From assembly GCA_963766735.1 (NCBI GenBank), contig CAVYBU010000008.1:32001-96000 (forward strand): 64,000 nt of DNA. The letters are read 5' to 3'. Source of the stretch: an uncultured Chloroflexia bacterium. GTDB taxonomy: Bacteria; Chloroflexota; Limnocylindria; Limnocylindrales; CSP1-4. The translations under genes were made by a program, and so were the position numbers. Of the stretch, positions 8,433 to 18,494 are shown one piece after another; position 1 is the first letter of the stretch; every line of letters begins with the position of its first letter. The notes beneath the pieces were generated by a model, which was not told the origin of the DNA, searched no databases, and saw nothing but the letters and a program-made list of their open reading frames with translations.

Positions 8433-11150
8433 TCATCCGGGAACGCGGGCGTCGGCCCGGTCTCTGGCGACACGCGAGGACCGACGGCGCAGGAACCACT
8501 TCTCGATCTCCACGCCGATGAACGCCGCCGGTGACGCCGCGAGCATCACGCCCAACTCGACCGGAGACAGCGCCTCCGTCTCGAAGATTGCCTGGAACGG
8601 CGGCACGTAGATGATCGCAAGCTGGACCACCACGATCGCTGCGACCGCCGCGAGAAGCGGCTTGTTCGTCCGCCAGCCGAGCCGGAAGGTGCTCTCCCGC
8701 TCTGAGCGTACCGCGAGCGCATGCCCGAGCTGGAGGAACGCGAGCGTTGTGAACACCATCGTCTGCCAGTGCCAGCCGACGCTGATCGAGAAGGCCTGGA
8801 TGGCCAGCGTGACCCCGCCCATGAGCAAGCCGACCCACAGCGCGTGCTGCCACAGCCCACGCGCGAAGATCGACTCCGACTGCGGGCGCGGAGGCCGCCG
8901 CATCGTGTCAGGTTCGACCGGCTCGACGCCGAGGGCAAGCGCAGGCGGGCCGTCGGTCACGAGGTTGATCCACAGGATGTGGATCGGCAGCAGCGGTATC
9001 GGGAGGCCGGCGAACGGGGCGAGGAACATCACCCAGATCTCGGCCGAATTGGTCGTCAGCAGGTAGCGGATGAAGCGCCGGATGTTGTCGTAGATTCGGC
9101 GACCTTCCTCGATGGCAGCCACGATCGTCGCGAAGTTGTCATCGGCGAGGACCATGTCGGCCGCTTCCTTGCTGACCTCGGTCCCGGTGATCCCCATTGC
9201 GATACCGATGTCGGCGAGCTTGAGAGCCGGCGCGTCATTGACGCCGTCGCCGGTCATGGCAACGACGGCTCCGCGCGACTTCCAGGCCTTGACGATCCGA
9301 AGCTTCTGCTCGGGGTTGGTCCGTGCGTAGACCGCGACCTCGTCCACGACGCGGTCGAACGCCGCATCGTCCATCTCCTCGAGCTCGGCGCCGGTCATGA
9401 CCTTCGCATCGCCCGCGAGGATGTCCAGCCGACGGGCGATCGCAACGGCGGTCAGGGCATGGTCACCGGTGATCATGATCGGCGTGATTCCCGCGCCACG
9501 AGCGGCCGCGACCGCATCCACGACCTCGGGCCGCGGCGGGTCGGCCATGGCCACGATGCCCAGCAGGGAGAGCCGCTCCTCTGCCAATTCGACCGTGCTC
9601 GGGATTGCGTCGAGGGTCCGCTCGGCGATCGCGAGCACGCGGTAGCCATTGGCCGCGTGCCGCTCGGCAACGTCGCGCGCGCTGGCCCAGATCCCCTCAG
9701 CCTCAGGGCCTGCCAGGGGCGCCAGCGCCTCGACGGCGCCCTTCACGGCAACCCAGATGTGGTCGCCGTCCCGGTGGAGCGTCGACATCCGTCGCCGGCT
9801 GCTGTCGAACGCGACCTCGGCCACGCGAGGGTGGTCCGATTCGAATTCGCCCCGGAACACGCCGAGCTTGCCGGCGAACGCGAGCAAGGCCCCCTCGGTC
9901 GGGTCGCCCGCGAGCGTCCACGGGTCGCCGTGGTGCGCCGGAGCGCGGAGGCTGGCGTCGTTGCAGGCTGCGGCAGCGCGCGCGAGCCGCGGCAGGTAGG
10001 GGTCGGTGGCGGGATCGGTATCGCCCACGATGTCGCCGGCCGGTTCGTAGCCGGAACCCGAGACCTGGTACTCCGCGGCGGGCGTCCAGACCCGCTCCAC
10101 GAGCATGCGGTTCTGGGTGAGGGTGCCCGTCTTGTCCGAGCAGATGACGTTGACCGAACCAAGCGTCTCGACCGCCGGCAGCTTGCGGGCAAGGGCGCGT
10201 CGCCGGGCCATGCGATGGGCGCCCAGGGCGAGGGAGATCGTCACGATAGCCGGGAGTCCCTCCGGGATCGCTGCCACGGCCAGGCTCACGGCCGTGAGGA
10301 ACATCAGCTCGACCAATTCGCCGCGCGCGACGCCGGCGGCGAACACGATGGCGCACACGATCAGGGCGGCCACGCCCAGCCGCTTGCCGAGCGTCGAGAG
10401 CCGGCGCTGGAGGGGCGTCGGGCCGGCGGAGTGTTCCTGGAGCAGATCGGCGATCCGTCCCAGCGCGGTCGCCATCCCGGTCCCGGTGACGATGCCCGTC
10501 CCCCGGCCGTAGGTGACCGCCGTGCCTTTGAAGGCCATGTTCCGCTGGTCGGCCAGCAGCGCGTCCGAGACGTTCGGCAGGGCGGCGACCGTCTTGGAGG
10601 CAGGCTCCGATTCGCCGGTGAGCGCCGCCTCGTTGATGCGCAGCGCGATCGCTTCGATCAACCGCAGATCCGCCGCCACGATGTCACCGGTCTCCAGCCG
10701 CACGACGTCACCGGGCACAAGGTCGCCTGCCGTGATCACGTCGATCTGGCCGTCGCGGAGGACTCGGGCACCGGGACTCGTCATCTGCTTGAGAGCGGCC
10801 ATGGCCCGCTCGGCACGGTACTCCTGGATGAACCCGATGATGCCGTTGAGGAAGACGATCGCCATGATGACGACGGTGTCCTTGAGGTCGCCGATGAGCG
10901 CGGTGACGAGCGCCGCGATCATGAGCACGACGATCATCGTGTTCGTGAACTGCTCCGCGAACAGGCGCCAGGTCGGCTTGCGGTCGCGTTCGATGAGCTC
11001 GTTCGGACCGAAGCGGGCAAGCCGGCTGGCCGCCTCGGCGGCGTCGAGTCCAGTGTCCAGGTTCGACCCCAGCGCCTCTGTCACGAGCGCGGGCTCCTCG
11101 GTCCACGGCCTGAACGGCGTCGCGGCTGCAATGCTCGTCGGAACGGTCAA
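8433..11150 (-). CDS. P-type ATPase, type IIA (Ca2+/Mn2+ exporting)
   Basis: TGES, PEGL, DKTGTLT, KGA, TGD, GDGVND; M5 NSAE, M6 [11 protein letters not shown]. Confidence 0.95.
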   Translation of the reverse strand: MTVPTSIAAATPFRPWTEEPALVTEALGSNLDTGLDAAEAASRLARFGPNELIERDRKPTWRLFAEQFTNTMIVVLMIAALVTALIGDLKDTVVIMAIVFLNGIIGFIQEYRAERAMAALKQMTSPGARVLRDGQIDVITAGDLVPGDVVRLETGDIVAADLRLIEAIALRINEAALTGESEPASKTVAALPNVSDALLADQRNMAFKGTAVTYGRGTGIVTGTGMATALGRIADLLQEHSAGPTPLQRRLSTLGKRLGVAALIVCAIVFAAGVARGELVELMFLTAVSLAVAAIPEGLPAIVTISLALGAHRMARRRALARKLPAVETLGSVNVICSDKTGTLTQNRMLVERVWTPAAEYQVSGSGYEPAGDIVGDTDPATDPYLPRLARAAAACNDASLRAPAHHGDPWTLAGDPTEGALLAFAGKLGVFRGEFESDHPRVAEVAFDSSRRRMSTLHRDGDHIWVAVKGAVEALAPLAGPEAEGIWASARDVAERHAANGYRVLAIAERTLDAIPSTVELAEERLSLLGIVAMADPPRPEVVDAVAAARGAGITPIMITGDHALTAVAIARRLDILAGDAKVMTGAELEEMDDAAFDRVVDEVAVYARTNPEQKLRIVKAWKSRGAVVAMTGDGVNDAPALKLADIGIAMGITGTEVSKEAADMVLADDNFATIVAAIEEGRRIYDNIRRFIRYLLTTNSAEIWVMFLAPFAGLPIPLLPIHILWINLVTDGPPALALGVEPVEPDTMRRPPRPQSESIFARGLWQHALWVGLLMGGVTLAIQAFSISVGWHWQTMVFTTLAFLQLGHALAVRSERESTFRLGWRTNKPLLAAVAAIVVVQLAIIYVPPFQAIFETEALSPVELGVMLAASPAAFIGVEIEKWFLRRRSSRVARDRADARVPG

Positions 11151-12178
11151 GTCGATGCCCTCCAGAGCGCGCCGAGCAGGAACACGTACGTCACGAGGAC
11201 GAGGATCGCGTCGGGCTCGAGTCGGCGGATCCGCGTGCGGGTGCCGTGAACCACGGCGGCAAGAGCGATGGCCATCAGCAGGATTGCGCCGACTCCGGCG
11301 ATGACCTGGGAAGGGTCAACCGCGGCCAGGATGGGACCCGGCACATAGGCCACGTCGGCGGCGAACAGGACCGTCACGTTGAAGGCATTGCTGCCGAACA
11401 GGTTGCCGACGGCCAGGTCGTAGGCGCCGATCCGAACGGCGGCGACGGAGGCCACGAGCTCGGGCAGCGACGTAGCCGCCGCGAGCAGGAGTGCGCCGAC
11501 GAAGGTCTGGCCCACGCCCGTCTGATCGGCGATCCCCTTGCCCGACACCGCGAGCAACGGGGCCGCGATCAGGATGATCAGGGCTGCAACGGCGAACCGT
11601 CCGACCTCGTAGCGCAGGCTGTGCCCGGCCTCCCCCTCACGCCCCCAGCCGGTGGGCGCCACAATTTCTGCGGTCGGTCGCGCAGCCGGCGCGCCCTCAC
11701 CGCGGGAGCGATGCATCCAGGTGGCCGCGGCGACATAGGCGACCACGATGAGAACCGTCTCGATCCCTACCCAGCCGATCGCCACGCCGGACGGACTGAG
11801 GATCGCGAGCACGGCGAACGACGTGAGACCGACTGCGATCGCCGCCAGTCGGGCGTGGCCGAGGCCGACGCCGGGCCACACGCGGCCGCGGTGCGCGAGG
11901 TCGATGATCGCGAGGATGGCCATGTTCGCCATGCTGCTCCCGAACAGGTCCCCGACCGCTAGGTCGGGCGCGTTCGCGAGCGCCGCGCTGATGTCCGTTG
12001 CGAGCTCGGGGAGTGAGGTGGCCCCGGCGAGCAACAGCATGCCCACCAGCAACCCGCCGAGACCCGTCCGGGTGGCGATCTCGTCGCCCGCGCGCGCGAG
12101 CAGCGTGCCTGCGCCGACGACGAACACGCCGGACAGCGCGAACAGCGCGACCCACTGCCAGAGAAGGAGAGGCCCCAC
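11147..12178 (-). CDS. Sodium:calcium antiporter (CaCA, YrbG-like)
   Basis: Two alpha repeats ATSLPEL...G(D/N)LFGS..N; about 10 TM helices. Confidence 0.9.
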   Translation of the reverse strand: MGPLLLWQWVALFALSGVFVVGAGTLLARAGDEIATRTGLGGLLVGMLLLAGATSLPELATDISAALANAPDLAVGDLFGSSMANMAILAIIDLAHRGRVWPGVGLGHARLAAIAVGLTSFAVLAILSPSGVAIGWVGIETVLIVVAYVAAATWMHRSRGEGAPAARPTAEIVAPTGWGREGEAGHSLRYEVGRFAVAALIILIAAPLLAVSGKGIADQTGVGQTFVGALLLAAATSLPELVASVAAVRIGAYDLAVGNLFGSNAFNVTVLFAADVAYVPGPILAAVDPSQVIAGVGAILLMAIALAAVVHGTRTRIRRLEPDAILVLVTYVFLLGALWRAST

Positions 12179-13114
12179 TCACTGGTCTCCGTGCGATATC
12201 AGTGGGTGCGGGACGATGAGGACCGAGGTCGGCGCGTACCGGGCGACCTTCTCGGCGAACGGGTCCTGGCCTCGCCGTCGGGGCGGTCGAGCAGCGACGA
12301 TCAGGTCGGGAGCGAGCCGCTCGGCTGCCTGAAGCGTGCCCTCCAGGGGATGACCGAGCTCCATCTCGGTCGTGACCGCGATGGCCTGGCCCCGGAGGCG
12401 CTCTGCGAGCCGATCGAGCGCCGCCATGACATCGGTCCGCAGGAGCCCGGTCACCTCCGTCGCGAGCTCGGGTCGGCCGGTCTCGACACCTGCCGCGACG
12501 CCGAACAGACCGAGAAGCGTCACCTTCGCCGTCCTGACCCAGCCGGCCGCAATCAACCAGTCGATCGCGGACTCCACCGCGAGCGACCCGTCGACGAGGA
12601 CGAGCAAGTGCCCCGGCAGTGATCCCTCGCCATCGGGGGGTCTTCGTGCGACGAGAACGGGTCCGGCCGCCTCGGCGATGATCTGCCGCGAGACGCTGCC
12701 CAGGAGGAGTTGTGCGAGTCCCGACCGGCCGCGGTGCCCCAGCACCAAGAGGTCCGGTCGCTCGGTGGTGACGGCGGCTTCGATCTCGTCGGCCGGATCG
12801 CCCTGGCGCGCCCAGACGTGAACGGTGAGACCGGGGCCCTGGAGACGTTCACCGACTTCGTTGGCGACCCGCTCAGCCGCGAGCAGCTCGCTCTGGCGCA
12901 TCTGTTGGACCGCCTGGCGGACGGCAGTCCGGTACGTCTGCATCCCCCAGCCGAGACGAGTGAGGCCTTCGCCGGCGACGCACAGAACGTCGACGACACA
13001 GGGCCGCGACCAGCGCAGCCGGGCCACCCAGGCCTCGGCACTCCGGGCGGAATCAGAATCGTCGGTCGCAAGCAGGACCCGATAGGCCGTGCTGATCGCC
13101 GTATCCATGGTCAA
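12179..13114 (-). CDS. Tandem universal stress protein
   Basis: VLLATD.S..A, GHRGRSGLAQLLLGSVS, PVLVAR; second domain degenerate. Confidence 0.85.
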   Translation of the reverse strand: MTMDTAISTAYRVLLATDDSDSARSAEAWVARLRWSRPCVVDVLCVAGEGLTRLGWGMQTYRTAVRQAVQQMRQSELLAAERVANEVGERLQGPGLTVHVWARQGDPADEIEAAVTTERPDLLVLGHRGRSGLAQLLLGSVSRQIIAEAAGPVLVARRPPDGEGSLPGHLLVLVDGSLAVESAIDWLIAAGWVRTAKVTLLGLFGVAAGVETGRPELATEVTGLLRTDVMAALDRLAERLRGQAIAVTTEMELGHPLEGTLQAAERLAPDLIVAARPPRRRGQDPFAEKVARYAPTSVLIVPHPLISHGDQ

Positions 13115-14019
13115 CCTCCGATTCTTCGTGCGACGAGGACGCTCGTCGGCGGCTGCGTCACGAGGGCGGCGCTCGTGCTGCCCAGGAAGAATCGCTGGAT
13201 CGCCGAGAGGCCCCGCGAGCCCACGACCAGGAGATCGGCGGACAGCTCGCTGGCGACGACGGCCAGCTGCTCATGTGCTGGGCCACACGCCGTCCGCTGC
13301 GTCGTTGCTGCGCCCCGCTCGCGGAGCCGCCCCGCGGCGACCACGGCCATCGCCTCCGCGGCCTCGCGCGCCCAGCGCAGGCTGTCGGTGTAGGCGGCGT
13401 GGACCTGGCCCACCATCGTCGGCGCCAGTCCGGAGCTCAGCGGCCGAACGACATCGTAGGTGGAGCACACGGTCAGCATCGTCTCCTCGCGGAAGGGCAA
13501 CCTGGCCACGAGCTCGAGTGCCTCGTCCGCGTCGGGGGACGCGTCGTAGCCGAGGAGGACCGAGCGGATCGGGCCTGCAGACCGCGCGACCAGGACCGGG
13601 GTCTGCGCGTACCTGGCGACCTTCCCGGAGACCGTGCCGACGACGTGCGCACGCAGCCCGCCGAGACCCCGGGTGCCGAGGACGATCAGGTCGGACTCAA
13701 CGGCGATGGCACGGGTCACGATCGTCTCGGCCGGGTGACCCTCGGAGATCGTCTCGAACGTCTCGAACCCGGCGGACCGCAGTTGCTCCGCCGCTCCATG
13801 AACGCGTCGCTCCGCCTCGTCCCCGCGGCGCCGCTCCAGCAGTGCGAGTGGAGCCCGTGCGGATCCGGCATCCGGCTCGCCGCCACCCCGGGGGGTCACC
13901 GAAATCACCTCCACGGTGGTCCCGGCAGGCTGGAAGCTCGATACAAGCATCTGCAGGGCCTGTCCCGCCCCGGTCGAGCCATCGGTCGCGAACAGGATGC
14001 GCAAGGCGGCCATCGTCAC
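13111..14019 (-). CDS. Tandem universal stress protein
   Basis: ILFATDGS, GTRGLGG...VGTVS, GSRGLS...LGSTS (G-x2-G-x9-G[ST] in both domains). Confidence 0.9.
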   Translation of the reverse strand: MTMAALRILFATDGSTGAGQALQMLVSSFQPAGTTVEVISVTPRGGGEPDAGSARAPLALLERRRGDEAERRVHGAAEQLRSAGFETFETISEGHPAETIVTRAIAVESDLIVLGTRGLGGLRAHVVGTVSGKVARYAQTPVLVARSAGPIRSVLLGYDASPDADEALELVARLPFREETMLTVCSTYDVVRPLSSGLAPTMVGQVHAAYTDSLRWAREAAEAMAVVAAGRLRERGAATTQRTACGPAHEQLAVVASELSADLLVVGSRGLSAIQRFFLGSTSAALVTQPPTSVLVARRIGG

Positions 14020-14190
14020 GAGCCTCGGAGCTCGTCGTTGCCGGCCCGGTCATCTCCCCGCGAACGAGGTCGAGACCGGACGAGGACAGACCGCGGGCAG
14101 ACAGGAACCCGATGGGATGCGTCGCCCGAGCGACAGGCGATGCCTTCGGGCGGAGTGGTCATGCGGATGTCTCCGACGCGACTCTTCCGT

Positions 14191-14282
14191 CCGAAAGTCT
14201 CCCCGGCTCGCCATCGCGGACCGGCGCCGGCGGGCCATGTGGCCGAGATGTCGCCGGGTGCCTGGCGGGTACTCCCCTTCGG
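14191..14282 (-). ncRNA. yybP-ykoY (Mn2+-sensing) riboswitch aptamer
   Basis: Minus strand reads CCGAAGGGGAGUA...GGCGACAUCUC...GAGACUUUCGG: P1 arms CCGAAGG/CUUUCGG, GGGGAGUA and GAGAC signature nucleotides, CGACAUC loop; upstream of a P2A ATPase/CaCA operon. Confidence 0.85.
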
Positions 14283-14290
14283 TACTGACC

Positions 14291-14319
14291 AGATTATCGG
14301 GACTCTTGTGTCATGTCAA
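14291..14319 (-). promoter_or_regulatory. Sigma70-type promoter TTGACA-N17-TAATCT for the riboswitch/USP operon, overlapped by inverted repeat TCTTGT-N9-ACAAGA (14304-14324)
   Basis: Consensus -35, 17-nt spacer, TAnnnT -10 ending about 8 nt before the aptamer. Confidence 0.7.
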
Positions 14320-14372
14320 CAAGATCTGTACGCTGGGTGGATCCACTGGATTCATGGCTGCGAGGTAGATAG

Positions 14373-14699
14373 ATGGAGGAATTGGAAGACCACGCGGACG
14401 GCTCGTGGACCTTCCTCACGAACCATGCTCACGTTCTGGTCTGTCTGAGCATCGATCCGACGCTCCGCGTGCGGGACCTGGCGGATCGAGTCGGCATCAC
14501 CGAGCGCGCCGCGCATCGGATCCTGACCGGGCTGGCCCGAGCCGGATACCTGGCGAAGGAGCGTCAGGGTCGACGCACTCGATATCGCCTGAACCTCGAC
14601 CACCCGATGCGCCACCCGCTCGAGCGGTCGAGGCCCGTGGGCGCGCTCCTCGAAGCGCTGGCTATTGTGGACAAGGCAGGGGAGGGTCCTCCGGGGTGA
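14373..14699 (+). CDS. Small winged-helix (ArsR/MarR-like) transcriptional regulator
   Basis: WTFLTNHAHVL, VRDLADRVGITERAAHRIL, R.GRR.RY, MRHPLE. Confidence 0.85.
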   Translation: MEELEDHADGSWTFLTNHAHVLVCLSIDPTLRVRDLADRVGITERAAHRILTGLARAGYLAKERQGRRTRYRLNLDHPMRHPLERSRPVGALLEALAIVDKAGEGPPG

Positions 14700-14848
14700 C
14701 CCCAAGAGGCGACCGATCGCCGCCGGTCCGAGAGCGCAGTTCCGACGGCCGAGACCGTGCCATCCAGCGACACATCCGGAGCGCGACGAGTGGGTATGCT
14801 GGGGATCCCAAGAGGCGATCGCCTCGACACACCGGACTGAGGCAGGAC

Positions 14849-16747
14849 ATGTCGAGCGAGTTCACCGGCCGAATCCTTCACGTGAACCTCACAACCGGGT
14901 CGATTGAGATCGAGACCCCGCCCGAGTCGTTCTATCGGACGTATCTCGGCGGCTCCGCGATGGGCCTGTATTACATCCTGCGTGACGTGCCCGCCGGGAC
15001 GGATGGCCTGGATCCGGCCAACGTCCTGACGATGATGGACAGCGTGCTTACCGGGGCGCCCATCGCCGGCCAGAGCCGGATGACGATCAGCGCCCGCTCC
15101 CCCCTCACGGACGGCATCGGCGACAGCCAGGGCGGTGGCTTCTTCCCGGCCGAGCTGCGGTTCGCGGGGTTCACGGGGATCGTGATCAAGGGGCGGTCTC
15201 CGGAGCCCGTGTACCTGTGGGTCCACGACGGCGAGGCCGAGCTGCGACCGGCCGGTCACCTGTGGGGAACGACGACGTCGCAGGTGACCGACTCCTCAAG
15301 GCAGAGCTCGACGACGCCAAGGATCGAGGTCGCCGCGATCGGTCCGGCCGGCGAGAAGGTCGTCCCGCCTGGCCGCGATCATGAGCATGGGCAACCGGGC
15401 CAACGGCCGGACGGGCATGGGTGCCGTGATGGGGTCCAAGAACCTCAAGGCGGTGGCCGTCCGCGGCCACGACACGCAAGGTCCCGATGGCGGACACCGC
15501 GGCGTTCGGCAGGCTCGCGAAGTGGGGCGCCAAGGAGATCCCGAACAACGGCGACGTGCTCGACCTCCGGATCAACGGGACCGAGGGTGTCCTCGAGGGG
15601 CAGCACGCCGCGGGCGGCCTGCCGACCTTCAACTACGGCGCCGGCCAGTTCGAGGGCAACGAGGCCATCGGTGGCGCGACGATGACGGCGACGATCCTCA
15701 AGAACCGGGAGACCTGCTACTCGTGTGCCGTGCGCTGCAAGCGGGCGGTCGAGACGGAGTGGGAGGGACGTCCGGTCGAGGAGCGGCACGGCGGCCCGGA
15801 GTACGAGACGGCCGCCGTCTTCGGTTCCTACTGCGGCGTCGACGACCTCCATGCCATCTCGCTGGCCAACAAGATCTGCAACGAGAACGGTCTCGACACC
15901 ATCGGGACGGGGGCGACCATCGCCTGGGTGATGGACTGCTTCACCCACGGGGTGCTGTCGGAGGCCGAGATCGGCTTTCCTGCGCCGTTCGGGGACGCGA
16001 AGGCCATGATCCGCCTTCTGGAGATGGTCGTGGACCGGGAGGGCATCGGCGACATCCTCGCCAATGGTTCCCGGCGCGCCGCGGGCCTGCTGGGCAAGGG
16101 TGATGACCTCCTGATCACGGTCAAGGGCGCCGAGGCGCCCGCCCACATGCCGCAGGCGAAGCGGTCCCTGGGCGTGATCTACGCCGTGAACCCGTTCGGT
16201 GCCGACCACCAGTCGTCCGAGCACGACGGCAGCATCGAGGAGGGTGCCTCTGACCTCGCGATGGAGCGGCAGGCACTGCTCGGCTTCACGGAGACGGTCC
16301 CGTACGACTCGCTGGGAGCGGAGAAGGTCCGCTACGCGCTCAAGACGCAGCAGCTCTACTCGTTCCTGGACACCGCCGACCTGTGCCAGTTCGTGTGGGG
16401 GCCCGCGTGGTCCCTGTTCGGGCCCCAGGATGCCATCGACACCGTGAAGGCCGTGACCGGCTGGACGGACTTCGACGTGGACGAGCTGATCGAGATCGGC
16501 GAGCGGCGGCTGAACATGCTCCGAGCGTTCAACGCCCGCGAGGGCATCGACCGCAAGGACGACCGGCTGTCCGGCCAAGTTCTTCAGGCCGCTGACCGGG
16601 ACCGGCCCCACCAGGGCGTGGCACTCGATCCCGGCGGTGATCGAGGGGGCCCTGGACGAGTACTACCGTCTCGCAGGCTGGGACGGCCAGACCGGCAACC
16701 CGACGCCCGAGACGCTGGCACGGCTGGGGCTCGACTGGGTCTCGTAG
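14849..16747 (+). CDS. aor: Tungsten-dependent aldehyde:ferredoxin oxidoreductase family, copy 1; multiple frameshifts (~15290-15480, ~16570-16650)
   Basis: GRILHVNL, YLGG, SPLT, GG.FPAELRFAG, GRTGMGAVMGSKNLKA, CYSCAVRC, GPEYET, GLDTI, FNAREG spread over adjacent frames. Confidence 0.85.
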
Positions 16748-16775
16748 CCCAGGACGGGCGGTCCACCCGGTGATC

Positions 16776-16808
16776 GTGGGCGGCTGCGACCCTGTCGCGG
16801 CCACCCAC
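16776..16808. terminator. GC-rich hairpin between aor1 and tupA
   Basis: gtgggcggctgcgac-cct-gtcgcggccacccac; no U-tract. Confidence 0.4.
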
Positions 16809-16828
16809 ATGCATGCCAGGAGCCGGGA

Positions 16829-17789
16829 ATGCAAGACGGGGATGGAGTACGCGCGCACCCCGCCAGGCGCGTTCGGCGCCTCGGCATCGTCATCGTCGCG
16901 GTGCTGCTCGCCGCCTGTGCCGGCACCGCCGCGTCACCGGCCTCGACCAGCGGCCCGCGGCCACCCCCGCGGCCCCCGCCACCACCGCGCCCACGAGCGC
17001 CCCGTCGCCGCGGCCTCGCGCGACATCATTCTCGCGACCACCACCTCGACCCAGGATTCCGGGTCTCCTCGACGTCCTCGTCCCGGCCTTCGAGCAGGCG
17101 ACCGGCTACAACGTGAAGACCGTCGCCGTCGGCAGCGGGGCGGCGCTCAAGCTGGGCGACGGAGGGCAACGCCGACGTGCTGCTGGTCCACTCGCCGGCA
17201 GCCGAGAAGACGTTCATGGAGGCCGGCTTCGGCATCAACCGCCAGCTCGTCATGCACAACACGTTCCTGATTGTCGGTGCACCGCACCGATCCCGCCGGG
17301 ATCATGGGCATGACCTCCGCCGCGGACGCGTTCACCAGGATCGCCGGACACGAAGTCCACCTTCGTCTCGCGCGGTGACGGCTCGGGACCGAGGCCAAGG
17401 AGCAAGGCCACTGGAAGGAAGCCGGCATCACGCCCGAGGGGACTGGTACGTCGCAGTCCGGCCAGGGGATGGGCGCGACGCTGCAGATCGCGTCCGAGAA
17501 GGAGGCTACACCCTGACCGACATGGCAACGTGGCTCGCCACGAGGACGAACCTGGACCTGCGAGGCGATGGTGGAGGCGGATCCCATCCTGCTCAACATC
17601 TACCACATGATCGGCGTGAACCCGGACAAGTGGCCGCAGGTCAACGCCGCCGGTGCCGCCGCGTTCCGCAGTTCGTCCTCTCCGCCGGAGGGACAGACGA
17701 TCATCGGCGAGTTCGGCGTGGACATGTACGGGGAGCAGCTCTTCGTCCCGGATGCCGGTAAGGACGAGGCCACCCTGACGACGTCCTGA
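16829..17789 (+). CDS. tupA: Tungstate ABC transporter substrate-binding lipoprotein; multiple frameshifts
   Basis: Lipobox LLAAC, TupA signature ATTTSTQDSG, VAVGSG.AL, DVLLVH.P.AE, FVSRGDGSGT, FG...YGEQLF. Confidence 0.85.
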
Positions 17790-17846
17790 TAGCGGCGGAC
17801 ACGCGCCCGCGTACCCCGACGCGAGCGACGTGACCTCGACCGTGCC

Positions 17847-18494
17847 ATGAGCAGTGACCTCGTCGAGATCACGCTGCTGTCCCTCGCCGTGTCGGGGGCC
17901 GCCACCCTGATCAGCCTGCTGATCGGGCTGCCCATCGGTACCTGGCTCGCGCTGTACCGGTTCCGGTCGCGTCACGTCGTGCTCAGCGTCGTCAACACCG
18001 GGATGGCCCTGCCGCCGGTGGTCGCCGGCCTGTTCATCGCGCTGCTCCTGTGGCGCAGCGGCATCCTCGGCGGGCTCGGCCTGATGTACACGCCCGGCGC
18101 GATGGTGATCGCCGAGGTCGTGATCGCCGCCCCGGTCGTGATGGGCCTGACCGTCGCGGGGCTGGGCCAGCTCGACCCGCGTCTCCATCTCCAGCTGCAG
18201 GGCCTTGGGGCGTCACGCTGGCAGACGGTCTGGTGGCTGTGGCGCGAGGCGCGCCTGCCGCTGCTCGCGGCCGTGATGGCGGCCTTCGGCAGCGTCATCT
18301 CCGAGGTTGGCGCCGCCATGATGGTCGGCGGCAACATCGCCCACGAGACCCGCGTGCTCACGACGGCGATCGTGCTCGAGACGGGGCGCGGCGAGTTCGG
18401 GAACGCCATCGTCCTGGGCCTCGTGCTGCTGGCCCTGGCATTCATGGTGAACGGCGTCCTCACCTGGGCCCAGCAGCGGGGCCCGCGGCGGTGA
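17847..18494 (+). CDS. tupB: Tungstate ABC transporter permease
   Basis: NTGMALPPVVAGL, ISEVGAAMMVGGNI...TRVLTTAIVLET. Confidence 0.9.
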   Translation: MSSDLVEITLLSLAVSGAATLISLLIGLPIGTWLALYRFRSRHVVLSVVNTGMALPPVVAGLFIALLLWRSGILGGLGLMYTPGAMVIAEVVIAAPVVMGLTVAGLGQLDPRLHLQLQGLGASRWQTVWWLWREARLPLLAAVMAAFGSVISEVGAAMMVGGNIAHETRVLTTAIVLETGRGEFGNAIVLGLVLLALAFMVNGVLTWAQQRGPRR

